A stretch of DNA of 15,001 nt, taken from Gemmatimonadota bacterium (GTDB lineage: Bacteria > Gemmatimonadota > Gemmatimonadetes > Gemmatimonadales > GWC2-71-9). The notes beneath the pieces were generated by a model. The model was not told where the DNA came from, did no database searches, and saw nothing but the letters and a program-made list of their open reading frames with translations. This document shows positions 8,701-15,001 of the stretch, in pieces. Position 1 is the first letter of the stretch. Each line of letters starts with the position of its first letter. Where the stretch lies: assembly GCA_036679645.1 (NCBI GenBank), contig JAZDCY010000005.1, positions 1 through 15,001 of the forward strand, read 5' to 3'. A program made the position numbers and the translations under genes.

Positions 8701-9012
8701 GCCGGTCAATCCGGTGACAGACCCACGCCGAAGCTTCCCGTGACGCTCCAGCTCGGCGGCCAGCGCAGCCGTCGTTACGCCTCGCCCGCGTTGCGACGCA
8801 CGCACAATGCCGATCGACACAGCTAACCCGGCGAGCCCCCATCCCACTATCACGAACTCGGGTACCCAGCGATACACACCGATTCGCCCAAGCACCAGCC
8901 CGAGTGCAAGCGCGGCGGCGAGCCCCGCCGCGCTTGCCAGGATGACCGCAGCGGCCTCGCGTAGAAGGAACCCGCCTCGCCGCCGCTCGAACCAGTTGCC
9001 TGTTTCCGTCAT
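5737..9012 (-). CDS. DUF4175-like membrane-anchored protein (N-terminal TM helices, beta-rich middle, long Q/E/A coiled coil)
   Basis: 1091 aa with three N-terminal hydrophobic segments. Family-like motifs VPDSAPVL...VRDDHRV and LPGDTAYFKVRAVDN. The C-terminal half is a Gln/Glu-rich heptad region ending EERRLILDYFRRL. It lies next to the DUF4159-like gene. Confidence 0.8.
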   Translation of the reverse strand: MTETGNWFERRRGGFLLREAAAVILASAAGLAAALALGLVLGRIGVYRWVPEFVIVGWGLAGLAVSIGIVRASQRGRGVTTAALAAELERHGKLRRGSVTGLTGGRTVGSPALAALADRRTAAWLAEHGDAALSAARAERRRAVLRSAVFAGTGIVFFTAAGTDTDAAAFWHPFAVIERARGPVELDVSRSLVRRGDTVQVTVTAAGRRAATLFVRATGEPWEPRRLSLDSAGRAVLQLGPLESDRFLHATAGGRRSDTVRVKVQVPAFLSDLQLMARYPEYLERVDEPLAPGPDTLSLPVGTQIVTRGRVTVPVGAVAWTAGERVVGLDVDGTGFAGAFRVTRSGTWILRVKAADGTALEGDPPALVLVAVPDSAPVLSVPIPGADTTAPASLRQPIVVDVRDDHRVTRVEVESRRVSRLGTRGEPVRETIALPEAGVERAVLQWMLDLNERGFLPGDTAYFKVRAVDNAPVPHATETREFALRLPSMSELRRQARSDARALAHAADSLAQRQREVQRETEDLSTARDRGPERAQGFRPGDDQLGFRAAERAGEVANEQTAIARRAEELQRRLQELSDAAWQAGLTDPEWHQQLRDLQDLLRRAMTPELEEAMRALEEAMRNLDASAVQEALERLAEAQERLREELERSRTLFERAALEGEMTTLADDAEELAQRQEEWNRTVEQRADSALAAQERQLAEQVDSLARALQELEQEMQQAGAQPRETSSADRAQQASSQMQAAAQAAQQGQQQQAGQAGGEASQQLEPIAQDLREQRDQLRQEWREEVLEAMDHALVETAGLARQQTELTERLERGDGSPDLRSAQAAVRDGVDRVIERLQNAAGKNALVSPRLGTALGLAREKMTSALRQLQQANPNTRAAGADAGEAIEGLNAVAYQLLRSRGDVQSSASGSGLQEAIERMAQLAQQQQAMAGQASGMLPLMQMGGQMLMQQLQALARQQRALAEELERMRAEGAQSGAGELAEEARELARQLEAGVLDRQMVERQERLFRRLLDEGRTLRGEEEDDQKERQSQTGRQDNVLVPQTERPRSRGLRYPYPTWQELQRLSPEERRLILDYFRRLNDARREN

Positions 9013-9022
9013 CGTGCCGCCG

Positions 9023-9754
9023 TCACTGCGCCACCGCTACGGCGTACACGAAGAGGTTCACGCCCATGTTCAGAGCAGCCTCCCGCACGGCCGCCGGATC
9101 GTCATGTACTGCGGCATCCTCCCAACCGTCACCCAGATCCGACTGGTACGAGTAGAACACGGACAGCCGCTCGCCGAGAAAAATGCCCAAGCCCTGCGCC
9201 GGCTTTCCATCATGCTCATGGATCTTGGGAATCCCGTTCGGAAACGGGTTCACAATTCGATAGATCGGGTGATCGAGCGGGACGTCTACGAGCGGACGGT
9301 CCGGGAAGACCCGGGCGATCTCGCGTCGGAAGGACTCATCCATGCCGTAGTTGTCGTCCGCGTGGAGAAATCCGCCGTGCTCGAGGTAGTCCCGCAGGAT
9401 GCGCACCTCTTCCGGCGTGAACAGCACGTTGCCGTGGCCCGTCATGTAGAGGTACGGCACTTCGAGCAGGTCCGGGCCGGTGATGGTGACGACGCGCTCC
9501 CGGTCGGCTACGGCGAGCGCGGTTTCTCGTCGAATCGCCGCGAGCAGATTTGGAAGGCTCGACGGATTGGCGTACCAGTCCCCTCCCCCGTCGTAGTGGA
9601 GCCGACCTATGGTCATGACATCGGGCGAGCGCTGCGCCACCCCCTCGGTCCCGTGCCGCATTGGTCCGTCGCCCCGCAATACGGGCAGCACGACAAGCAC
9701 CCCCAGGACCACGAGGATGGCATGTCGAGCGGAGATGCCTGCGGGGTCGTTCAC
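9023..9754 (-). CDS. DUF4159-domain protein with N-terminal signal/TM segment
   Basis: 243 aa. Motifs GGGDWYANPSSLPNLL, PYLYMTGHG, LRDYLEHGGFLHADDNYG, IHEHDGKP, SDLGDGWED, NMGVN. Hydrophobic stretch AILVVLGVLVVLPVL. GTGA overlap with the rsmI stop (9751-9754). Confidence 0.88.
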   Translation of the reverse strand: MNDPAGISARHAILVVLGVLVVLPVLRGDGPMRHGTEGVAQRSPDVMTIGRLHYDGGGDWYANPSSLPNLLAAIRRETALAVADRERVVTITGPDLLEVPYLYMTGHGNVLFTPEEVRILRDYLEHGGFLHADDNYGMDESFRREIARVFPDRPLVDVPLDHPIYRIVNPFPNGIPKIHEHDGKPAQGLGIFLGERLSVFYSYQSDLGDGWEDAAVHDDPAAVREAALNMGVNLFVYAVAVAQ

Positions 9755-10584
9755 AAGTCAGTTACCAGCCTGTAAGCGTCGTTCCGAGGGAGATTGAACT
9801 CATCTGCGACGCGTGCGGCGGCGTCCCGCCGGCTGCATCCGTCGGCCAGCAGCGTGCGGGCGCGCTTCCGCACGTCGTCTACCGCCACAGGACGAGAGGT
9901 GGAGATGGCACCCGTACCCGACACGACCAGGGTCACCTCACCGCGTGCTGCGTGCTCGGCGTAGTAAACCGCTAAGTCGTGGAGAGTTCCCGATTTAAGC
10001 TCCTCGTGCAGCTTGGTCAGCTCCCGGGCGACGACGGCGGGCCGCTCATCGCCGGCCGCCAAAGCGAGGTCCTTCAGGAGCGTTCCCAGTCGGAGCGCGG
10101 ACTCGAAAAGCACCACCGTCCACGGGCTCTCGGCCACAGCTTGCAGCAGCATCCGGCGCGCGGATCCCTTGCGCGGAAGAAACCCCAGGAACGTGAAGCG
10201 GTCGGCGGGAAGCCCCGATGCACTCAGTGCCACGGCCACCGCGGAGGGACCCGGAACGCCGACAACCGTCGCACCCGCGTCCCGAACCTGCGCTACGAGA
10301 TCAACGCCGGGATCACTGATACCCGGCGTTCCCGCATCGGTCACGAGCGCCACATCCTGCCCACCCGCCAAGGTGCCCAGGATACGTCGTGCCTGTTGTG
10401 GACGGGAATGCGCGTGGTAGCTCATCACCGTTGGTGTCGCGCCGACGTGTGCCAGCAAGATACGTGTGCGGCGCGTGTCTTCGGCTGCGACGAGATCGAC
10501 CTCGAGCAGGACGCGGCGCGCCCGTGCGGAGAGGTCTTCTAGATTGCCCAGCGGTGTTGCAACGACGTAGAGCGTTCCGCTCAC
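9751..10584 (-). CDS. rsmI: 16S rRNA (cytidine(1402)-2'-O)-methyltransferase RsmI
   Basis: GTLYVVATPLGNLEDLSARA, AAEDTRRT, ALVTDAGTPGISDPG, PGPSA, FLGFLPRK, VARELTKLHEE, RGEVTLVV. Start set to GTG 10584 (GTGA overlap with the upstream stop) rather than 10599. Confidence 0.95.
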   Translation of the reverse strand: MSGTLYVVATPLGNLEDLSARARRVLLEVDLVAAEDTRRTRILLAHVGATPTVMSYHAHSRPQQARRILGTLAGGQDVALVTDAGTPGISDPGVDLVAQVRDAGATVVGVPGPSAVAVALSASGLPADRFTFLGFLPRKGSARRMLLQAVAESPWTVVLFESALRLGTLLKDLALAAGDERPAVVARELTKLHEELKSGTLHDLAVYYAEHAARGEVTLVVSGTGAISTSRPVAVDDVRKRARTLLADGCSRRDAAARVADEFNLPRNDAYRLVTDL

Positions 10585-11597
10585 CACTCCACCGACCACG
10601 GGAGCCGCTCGTAGAAGCCGGCTTTCTGCAGCACGAAGCGGTGCTCACGGGTCGCCTCTTTGAGAATGCTCGGCGCGACTCCCGGCGCAATCACCTCGAT
10701 ATCTTCCAGGAACGCACGCGACCAGTCCGCCAACCCCGCGGTTAGTTCATCGGGTGTAACCACGACCGGATCTGCGTCGCCCTTGCGGGCCGCGGACACC
10801 GTCGCGAGGGCCGGGTGTGCCTGCGAGACACGGTCCCGGATTTTGCGGGCCCGTTTCAACGCCTCCCCTTCGACCTGCAGTTCCGCCGCGTCCGCGATCG
10901 CCCAGAACAGGGCCCGGTACTTGGCAATACGTTGCGGGTCGGCTTGGGGCTGCAGCTCTCCAGGCGTGTCGAACAAGGTGGTGGCCAATACGGGTGCCGA
11001 CCCGTCCGACCCGGGCGCGAAGAGACTCTCCATGAATTGCGACAGGGAGGCCTGCTCGTCTCTGTCAGAAAAATATCCGCGTCGGAACTCGCCACGCTTC
11101 ATCCGCAGATACGAGACGCGGCCGTTCGAGATCAATTCGACGATGCCCGTAAACGACTCCTGCTGGAGCCCCTTGAACAGCGCGGCCGGGTCACTGCCCT
11201 TCATGGAATAGTTGCGCCGCGGAAGCGAGCAGCTCCCGAACATCCACTTGAGTTGCTCTAGGGGCGCTTCACAATATACGAGTTCACCTCGTTCGAATTC
11301 GTCGTGCATGCGCTGTCGCACAACTGATATGGGCAGGACCTCCCGCCCCTGCCCCGTCATGGCAACTGACGTTACCGGCTCGCCGTTGCGCAGAAAGAGC
11401 ATTGCCACCTCGTCCGGGAGGTATGCCAAGAGGTACCCATCGACGCGGCCGTCGCGGCTCGCTTTGGCAAAGTGGAGCAGGTTGTCTAGATGGATGTATG
11501 CGAGACGCGTACGGTGGACCTGCACCCGGGAAGCCGGAAAATGCAGGTCCCACAACCGGACGCGCGTGTCGTTGAGAGTGGCCGTACTTTGCCGCAT
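10581..11597 (-). CDS. Hypothetical protein with two putative DUF4388/PATAN-like (DUF2226-like) repeats
   Basis: 338-aa ORF with normal globular composition filling the gap between trxA and rsmI. Its stop overlaps the rsmI start. Two similar segments, DGYLLAYLPDEVAMLFLRNGEPV and FTGIVELISNGRVSYLRMKRGEF. The domain call is tentative. Confidence 0.75.
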   Translation of the reverse strand: MRQSTATLNDTRVRLWDLHFPASRVQVHRTRLAYIHLDNLLHFAKASRDGRVDGYLLAYLPDEVAMLFLRNGEPVTSVAMTGQGREVLPISVVRQRMHDEFERGELVYCEAPLEQLKWMFGSCSLPRRNYSMKGSDPAALFKGLQQESFTGIVELISNGRVSYLRMKRGEFRRGYFSDRDEQASLSQFMESLFAPGSDGSAPVLATTLFDTPGELQPQADPQRIAKYRALFWAIADAAELQVEGEALKRARKIRDRVSQAHPALATVSAARKGDADPVVVTPDELTAGLADWSRAFLEDIEVIAPGVAPSILKEATREHRFVLQKAGFYERLPWSVEW

Positions 11598-11650
11598 GAG
11601 CGATCAGAACAGCTGATGGTCCAGACCGACGTATCTGCCGCGAATCACGC

Positions 11651-11977
11651 TCAACCCAGGTGCTGCTCGATCTTCTCGGTCAGATGGGCTTTTGGCACCG
11701 CGCCGATCACGGTATCGACATGCTTCCCGTCCCTGAAGAACAGGACGGCCGGGATGGAGCGGACATTGAACCGCGTGGTCGTCTGTGGATTGGCGTCCAC
11801 GTCCATCTTCGCGACCTTCACGCGCCCATCGTATTCCTCGGCGATCTGTGCCACCGAGGGCGCTATCATCTGACAGGGTCCACACCACTCTGCCCAAAAG
11901 TCCACCATGGCGAGGCCCTCATGACCTTCGATCTCGGTTCCGAACGCGTCGTCGGATACCTGAAACGGTACTGCCAT
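11651..11977 (-). CDS. trxA: Thioredoxin
   Basis: 108 aa. VDFWAEWCGPCQMIAP active site, cis-Pro motif VRSIPA, terminal GAVPK. SD GGAGG 9 nt upstream (11987-11991). Confidence 0.97.
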   Translation of the reverse strand: MAVPFQVSDDAFGTEIEGHEGLAMVDFWAEWCGPCQMIAPSVAQIAEEYDGRVKVAKMDVDANPQTTTRFNVRSIPAVLFFRDGKHVDTVIGAVPKAHLTEKIEQHLG

Positions 11978-12058
11978 ACGTTTTTCCCTCCGGTTATGTT
12001 CTTCGTCGCCCGCGGGTGACCGGGGCAGCCCTATGACAATAATGAAAACGGAGGCGCG
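11978..12058. promoter_or_regulatory. Divergent promoter/RBS region between trxA and the epimerase gene
   Basis: 81-bp intergenic region with an AT-rich core TATGACAATAATGAAAA (12032-12048) in an otherwise GC-rich window. GGAGG ribosome-binding sites face both ways (11987-11991 minus, 12050-12054 plus). Exact -10/-35 boxes are not resolved. Confidence 0.5.
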
Positions 12059-12457
12059 GTGAAGCTACCATCAGCAATCGTGGCGCATGTGGGGATCGCG
12101 GTTCGCGACCTCGACGAGGCGCTCACGTTCTACCGCGACGTCCTCGGGCTCGTCCCCCACCCTGCCGAGACGCAAGACGGAGCCACGATTGTGGCGCTGT
12201 CCCTGGGTGAGGTCGACATCGAGCTACTCTGCCCAATCACAACCGACAGCCCCGTCGCCAAGTTCCTCGACCGGCGCGGTCCTGGTATTCATCATTTGTG
12301 CCTCCGTGTTCCGGATCTCTCTGCCGCACTGGAGACCTGCCGGGCGAACGGCTACCAGCTCGTCGACGAGATGCCACGGGAAGGTCACGACGGCCGACCG
12401 ATAGCATTCGTCCACCCAAAGGCGACCAACGGCATTCTTATAGAGTTGACGGAGTAG
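12059..12457 (+). CDS. mce: Methylmalonyl-CoA epimerase (VOC/glyoxalase superfamily)
   Basis: 132 aa. AHVGIAVRDLDEALTFYRDVLGL, IELL, VAKFLDRRGPGIHHLCLRV, IAFVHPKATNGILIELTE. GTG start with GGAGG 4 nt upstream. Confidence 0.88.
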   Translation: MKLPSAIVAHVGIAVRDLDEALTFYRDVLGLVPHPAETQDGATIVALSLGEVDIELLCPITTDSPVAKFLDRRGPGIHHLCLRVPDLSAALETCRANGYQLVDEMPREGHDGRPIAFVHPKATNGILIELTE

Positions 12458-12466
12458 CCGGCGGCG

Positions 12467-12919
12467 TCAGCGGCACCGCCGCACGGGATTGCCCGCCGCC
12501 TCGAGGTCGATCTCTTGGACCAGCCACCCGCCTCGATACCGTACCAGCGTGAACGGCACCACCGGAGCGCAGCCCCTGCGGAATAACCGGACATCGACGG
12601 TGCGTTGATCGGGCGACTGCGAGAGGGACCCCTGGTTGGATGGACCCAAGATCTCGAATTGGTCGTGGTTCAAGTACCGCTGGATGATAGTCAGCCGTTT
12701 TTGCAGCTCTTCACGATCCATGTAGCTGATGGCCGGCCCGCGGCCAGTGCCGAACAGCTCGCCCATCGCGAGCAGGCTGTTGCTCTGGACCGCGCTGAGA
12801 AACCCGCGGATTGCGGCCTCGGGTTCCGTGGGCGCCGTGTACTGTGACGAGCCACCGCAGCTCCCCACCGCGAGCGCGGCGACGCATGTCCCTACAGCGT
12901 ATACTTGACGACGGTTCAT
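12467..12919 (-). CDS. Putative lipoprotein, NTF2-like/DUF4878-like fold
   Basis: With start ATG 12919 (150 aa) the N-terminus reads MNRRQVYAVGTCVAALAVGS-C, i.e. basic n-region, hydrophobic core and lipobox-like VGSC. PEAAIRGFLSAV...FTLVRYRGGWLVQEID pattern. The longer start at 12994 would overlap pdxJ head-to-head. Confidence 0.65.
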   Translation of the reverse strand: MNRRQVYAVGTCVAALAVGSCGGSSQYTAPTEPEAAIRGFLSAVQSNSLLAMGELFGTGRGPAISYMDREELQKRLTIIQRYLNHDQFEILGPSNQGSLSQSPDQRTVDVRLFRRGCAPVVPFTLVRYRGGWLVQEIDLEAAGNPVRRCR

Positions 12920-12941
12920 TGGTACGCGGGCAGAAGATGAC

Positions 12942-13700
12942 ATGAACGTAAGCACAACTGAGAACCGCAGCAAGCGGATCCGCCTGTATATCAACGTCGA
13001 TCACGTGGCGACTGTGCGGGAGGCACGTCGTACCGACGAACCCGACCCGGTCGCCGCCGCCACCCTGTGCGAATGTGCCGGCGCCGACGGCATTACCGTC
13101 CATCTGCGAGAAGACCGCCGACACATCCAGGACGACGACGTCCGCCGGCTGGCCCATACGCTCGACACGGTGCTCAACCTCGAACTCGCGACCGCGCCCG
13201 ATATAGTCGGCCTGGCCACCGACCTCCGGCCGCATCAGGCCACCTTCGTTCCCGAGCGCCGAGAGGAGATTACGACCGAAGGGGGTCTGGCCCTTGGCGC
13301 GTCCAGCGACGCCGATGCCAGACTCGGGGACGCGATCGCGGCGCTGCGGGAGGCGGGCATTCGCGTCAGTCTGTTCGTCGATCCCGTCCCCCAGATCATC
13401 GACGCCGCGACCGAGCTGGGTGCCGTGGCGGTCGAGCTGCACACCGGCACCTACGCCAATGCGTATCCCGACATGCGGGATGAGCTCGCGCGGTTGACCG
13501 AGGTTGCGGCGCACGCCAGGGCGGCCGGTCTCGCCGTCCACGCCGGCCATGGGCTGACCTACCGCAATGTGACCGAGGTCGCAGCCATAGAGGCGGTCGA
13601 GGAGCTAAGCATCGGGCACAGCATCGTCAGTCGCGCGATCACCACCGGAATGGAGGGAGCGGTGCGTGAAATGCGCGCGCTGTTAGATTCCGCGCGTTGA
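12942..13700 (+). CDS. pdxJ: Pyridoxine 5'-phosphate synthase
   Basis: 252 aa. INVDHVATVREAR, ADGITVHLREDRRHI, NLE, VPERREEITTEGGL, VSLFVDP, VELHTG, HAGHGLTYRN, IGHSIVSRA. Confidence 0.97.
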   Translation: MNVSTTENRSKRIRLYINVDHVATVREARRTDEPDPVAAATLCECAGADGITVHLREDRRHIQDDDVRRLAHTLDTVLNLELATAPDIVGLATDLRPHQATFVPERREEITTEGGLALGASSDADARLGDAIAALREAGIRVSLFVDPVPQIIDAATELGAVAVELHTGTYANAYPDMRDELARLTEVAAHARAAGLAVHAGHGLTYRNVTEVAAIEAVEELSIGHSIVSRAITTGMEGAVREMRALLDSAR

Positions 13701-13725
13701 CCTGTTAATCCGCGCCACCTACCTT
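13697..13725 (+). promoter_or_regulatory. Putative sigma70-type promoter for the downstream Hpt-like gene
   Basis: TTGACC (13697-13702), 17-nt spacer, TACCTT (13720-13725), 30 nt upstream of ATG 13756. The -35 box overlaps the pdxJ TGA. Confidence 0.55.
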
Positions 13726-13755
13726 AGCCTCGACACTCCCACCAACGATACGGAC

Positions 13756-15001
13756 ATGAATCAGAAGCTGGGCATGGCGGAGTTCTTCGCGATGGAAGCC
13801 GGCGAGTACCTCGAGCGGCTCGACGCGCTGGTATCCGCCCCCGATCCGCCCAGTGCCGACGAGTTTCAGCGTCTTGCCCGCGCGCTCCGCGGCGCGGCGC
13901 TCATGGCCAATCAACAGCCAATCGCGGCCGCCTCGGGGGCATTCGAGCAACTCGCCCGGGCAGTGCGCGACGGCTCGCGGCCCTGGGACGAAGCGACGCG
14001 TCAGCTAGCTATCCGTACCGTAGACGATCTCAAGGTGCTCGTCCGTCGTGTGCGCGAATGGACGGACGACGATACCGCTCGAGCCCACGACCTTGCCAAC
14101 GCCGTGCAGGGCATGAGTGGGCGCCCTTCGGCACCGTTGCGCGCACCGCCATCGGGACCGGATCCGGGTACGCGTGCGTTCATCGGCCGGGAAGGGGCAT
14201 CGCTAGCCAGCGCCCTCGACCTGGCGGCCAAGTCGTTGAGCCAGAACCCACAGGCGCATGAGCCCCTGCAGTCGGTCTTGAGCGTCATGCAACCGCTGCG
14301 CGGTCTCGCGTCGCTGAGCGACCTGCCCCCAATGCCCGAGTTGCTCGAGGGGATCGAGGCCGTCGTGAGTGAGACCATGAAACGGCAGGATACAGAGCAT
14401 GGGGCAAGCGAGGTCTTCGCTAGTGGTGCCGCAGCGCTTTCGGTAGTGACACGCCAAGTCTCAACCGAGGGAAAGGCTGATGCCGAGTCGGAAGAGGTCC
14501 GCGGCTTTGCCGCGCTCGTGCGCCGGTATTTCGAGTTGGACCAGCCCATCCGGCACATCGAATCACTCTACTTTGACGATGCCGGGCCGCACGTCATCGA
14601 GCAGGGTACGGCGCCCCCTCAGCTCGCCATGACCGGGGTCGAGTTCGTCTCGCACGGAGAACGCCTGCGTCAGATCGCCGACGCGCTCGACGAAGCCAAG
14701 AGCCCCACGATCCGAGAGTTCCGCAGCCACGGATTAGCTGGGACGTTCCGCGCCCTCGACGCCGCGGGAGGGGGAGGAGCCGAGAGCCCGTTGGGCCATG
14801 CCGCCGCAGCCTTCGCGCGGGCCGCGTGGTCCGCCGTTGCCGAGGGACGGGCGCTCGAGGACACCACTGCGTTCGCTGCCGTACTGCGCGAAGCGGGCGC
14901 CGTCCTCAGCACGACATCCGACGCTACCGCCGACACCGTCGCGCAGCGCCTGGGGACGATCGCTGGAGGGCTGGGGGGCCCCCCGCCCCCGCCCCCGCCG
15001 C
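13756..15001 (+). CDS. Multi-Hpt-like (CheA P1-like) helical protein, 3' truncated by the window end
   Basis: Manually translated with no stop before the window end (415 codons), which explains its absence from the ORF track: MNQKLGMAEFFAMEAGEYLERLDALV...EFQRLARALRGAALMANQQPIAAASGAFEQLARAVRDG...RAFIGREGASLASALD...VMQPLRGLASL...IESLYFDDAGPHVIE...GLGGPPPPPPP. It matches the Hpt pattern F-x-x-E-A-x-E-x-L...R-x-x-[H]-x-L-[KR]-G. Confidence 0.85.
   Translation, partial: MNQKLGMAEFFAMEAGEYLERLDALVSAPDPPSADEFQRLARALRGAALMANQQPIAAASGAFEQLARAVRDGSRPWDEATRQLAIRTVDDLKVLVRRVREWTDDDTARAHDLANAVQGMSGRPSAPLRAPPSGPDPGTRAFIGREGASLASALDLAAKSLSQNPQAHEPLQSVLSVMQPLRGLASLSDLPPMPELLEGIEAVVSETMKRQDTEHGASEVFASGAAALSVVTRQVSTEGKADAESEEVRGFAALVRRYFELDQPIRHIESLYFDDAGPHVIEQGTAPPQLAMTGVEFVSHGERLRQIADALDEAKSPTIREFRSHGLAGTFRALDAAGGGGAESPLGHAAAAFARAAWSAVAEGRALEDTTAFAAVLREAGAVLSTTSDATADTVAQRLGTIAGGLGGPPPPPPP

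Noticed and set aside
3304..9775. Long plus-strand ORFs (3304-4389, 4594-5571, 5826-7256, 7477-8328, 8807-9775, and similar ones such as 650-1519 and 12711-13550)
   Set aside because: They are antisense shadows of well-supported genes, expected in high-GC DNA. They are Arg/Pro/Ala/Ser-rich or His/Leu-rich mirror translations with no recognisable motifs.
12458..12482. Terminator between convergent mce and lipoprotein genes (GCGGCG...CGCCGC)
   Set aside because: Only a 6-bp stem with a 10-nt loop and no U-tract on either strand. Likely chance in GC-rich DNA.
13598..13625. PdxJ ELSIGH instead of the usual ELNIGH as a sign of inactivation
   Set aside because: All other catalytic and substrate-binding motifs (NxDH, HLREDRRH, NLE, HAGHG, GH) are intact, so a single conservative change is not evidence of lost function.
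14001..14936. Minus-strand ORFs 14001-14558, 14203-14457 and 14670-14936 (also 13705-13950)
   Set aside because: They are antisense to the uninterrupted plus-strand Hpt-like ORF, which has recognisable domain patterns.
14968..15001. G-run/C-run hairpin and (CCCCCG)n at the window end as a terminator or G-quadruplex element
   Set aside because: It is in frame as a Gly-Gly-poly-Pro linker and is truncated by the window edge. It could also be low-quality contig-end sequence, and cannot be evaluated.

Overview
GC-rich, densely coding bacterial chromosomal segment. Gene content and order suggest Gemmatimonadota (inference, not verified). A ~11.9-kb minus-strand run, much of it joined by GTGA start/stop overlaps, reads: trxA, 338-aa hypothetical, rsmI, DUF4159-like, DUF4175-like, signal-peptide TPR protein, Tat-signal class-I glutamine-amidotransferase-like protein, and a JAB/MPN-DinG Fe-S helicase fusion. 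To the right lie methylmalonyl-CoA epimerase (+), a putative lipoprotein (-), pdxJ (+) and an open-ended ORF missing from the ORF track (13756 to >15001, +) with tandem His-less Hpt-like domains. No rRNA, tRNA, CRISPR array or transposase was seen. The most interesting items are: (i) a four-gene putative envelope module (DUF4159, DUF4175, TPR, Tat-GATase) coupled to the JAB-helicase; (ii) a 94-nt octamer-built palindrome in frame within the Tat signal peptide; (iii) REP-like hairpin repeats that supply the helicase stop codon; (iv) the pseudo-Hpt protein.
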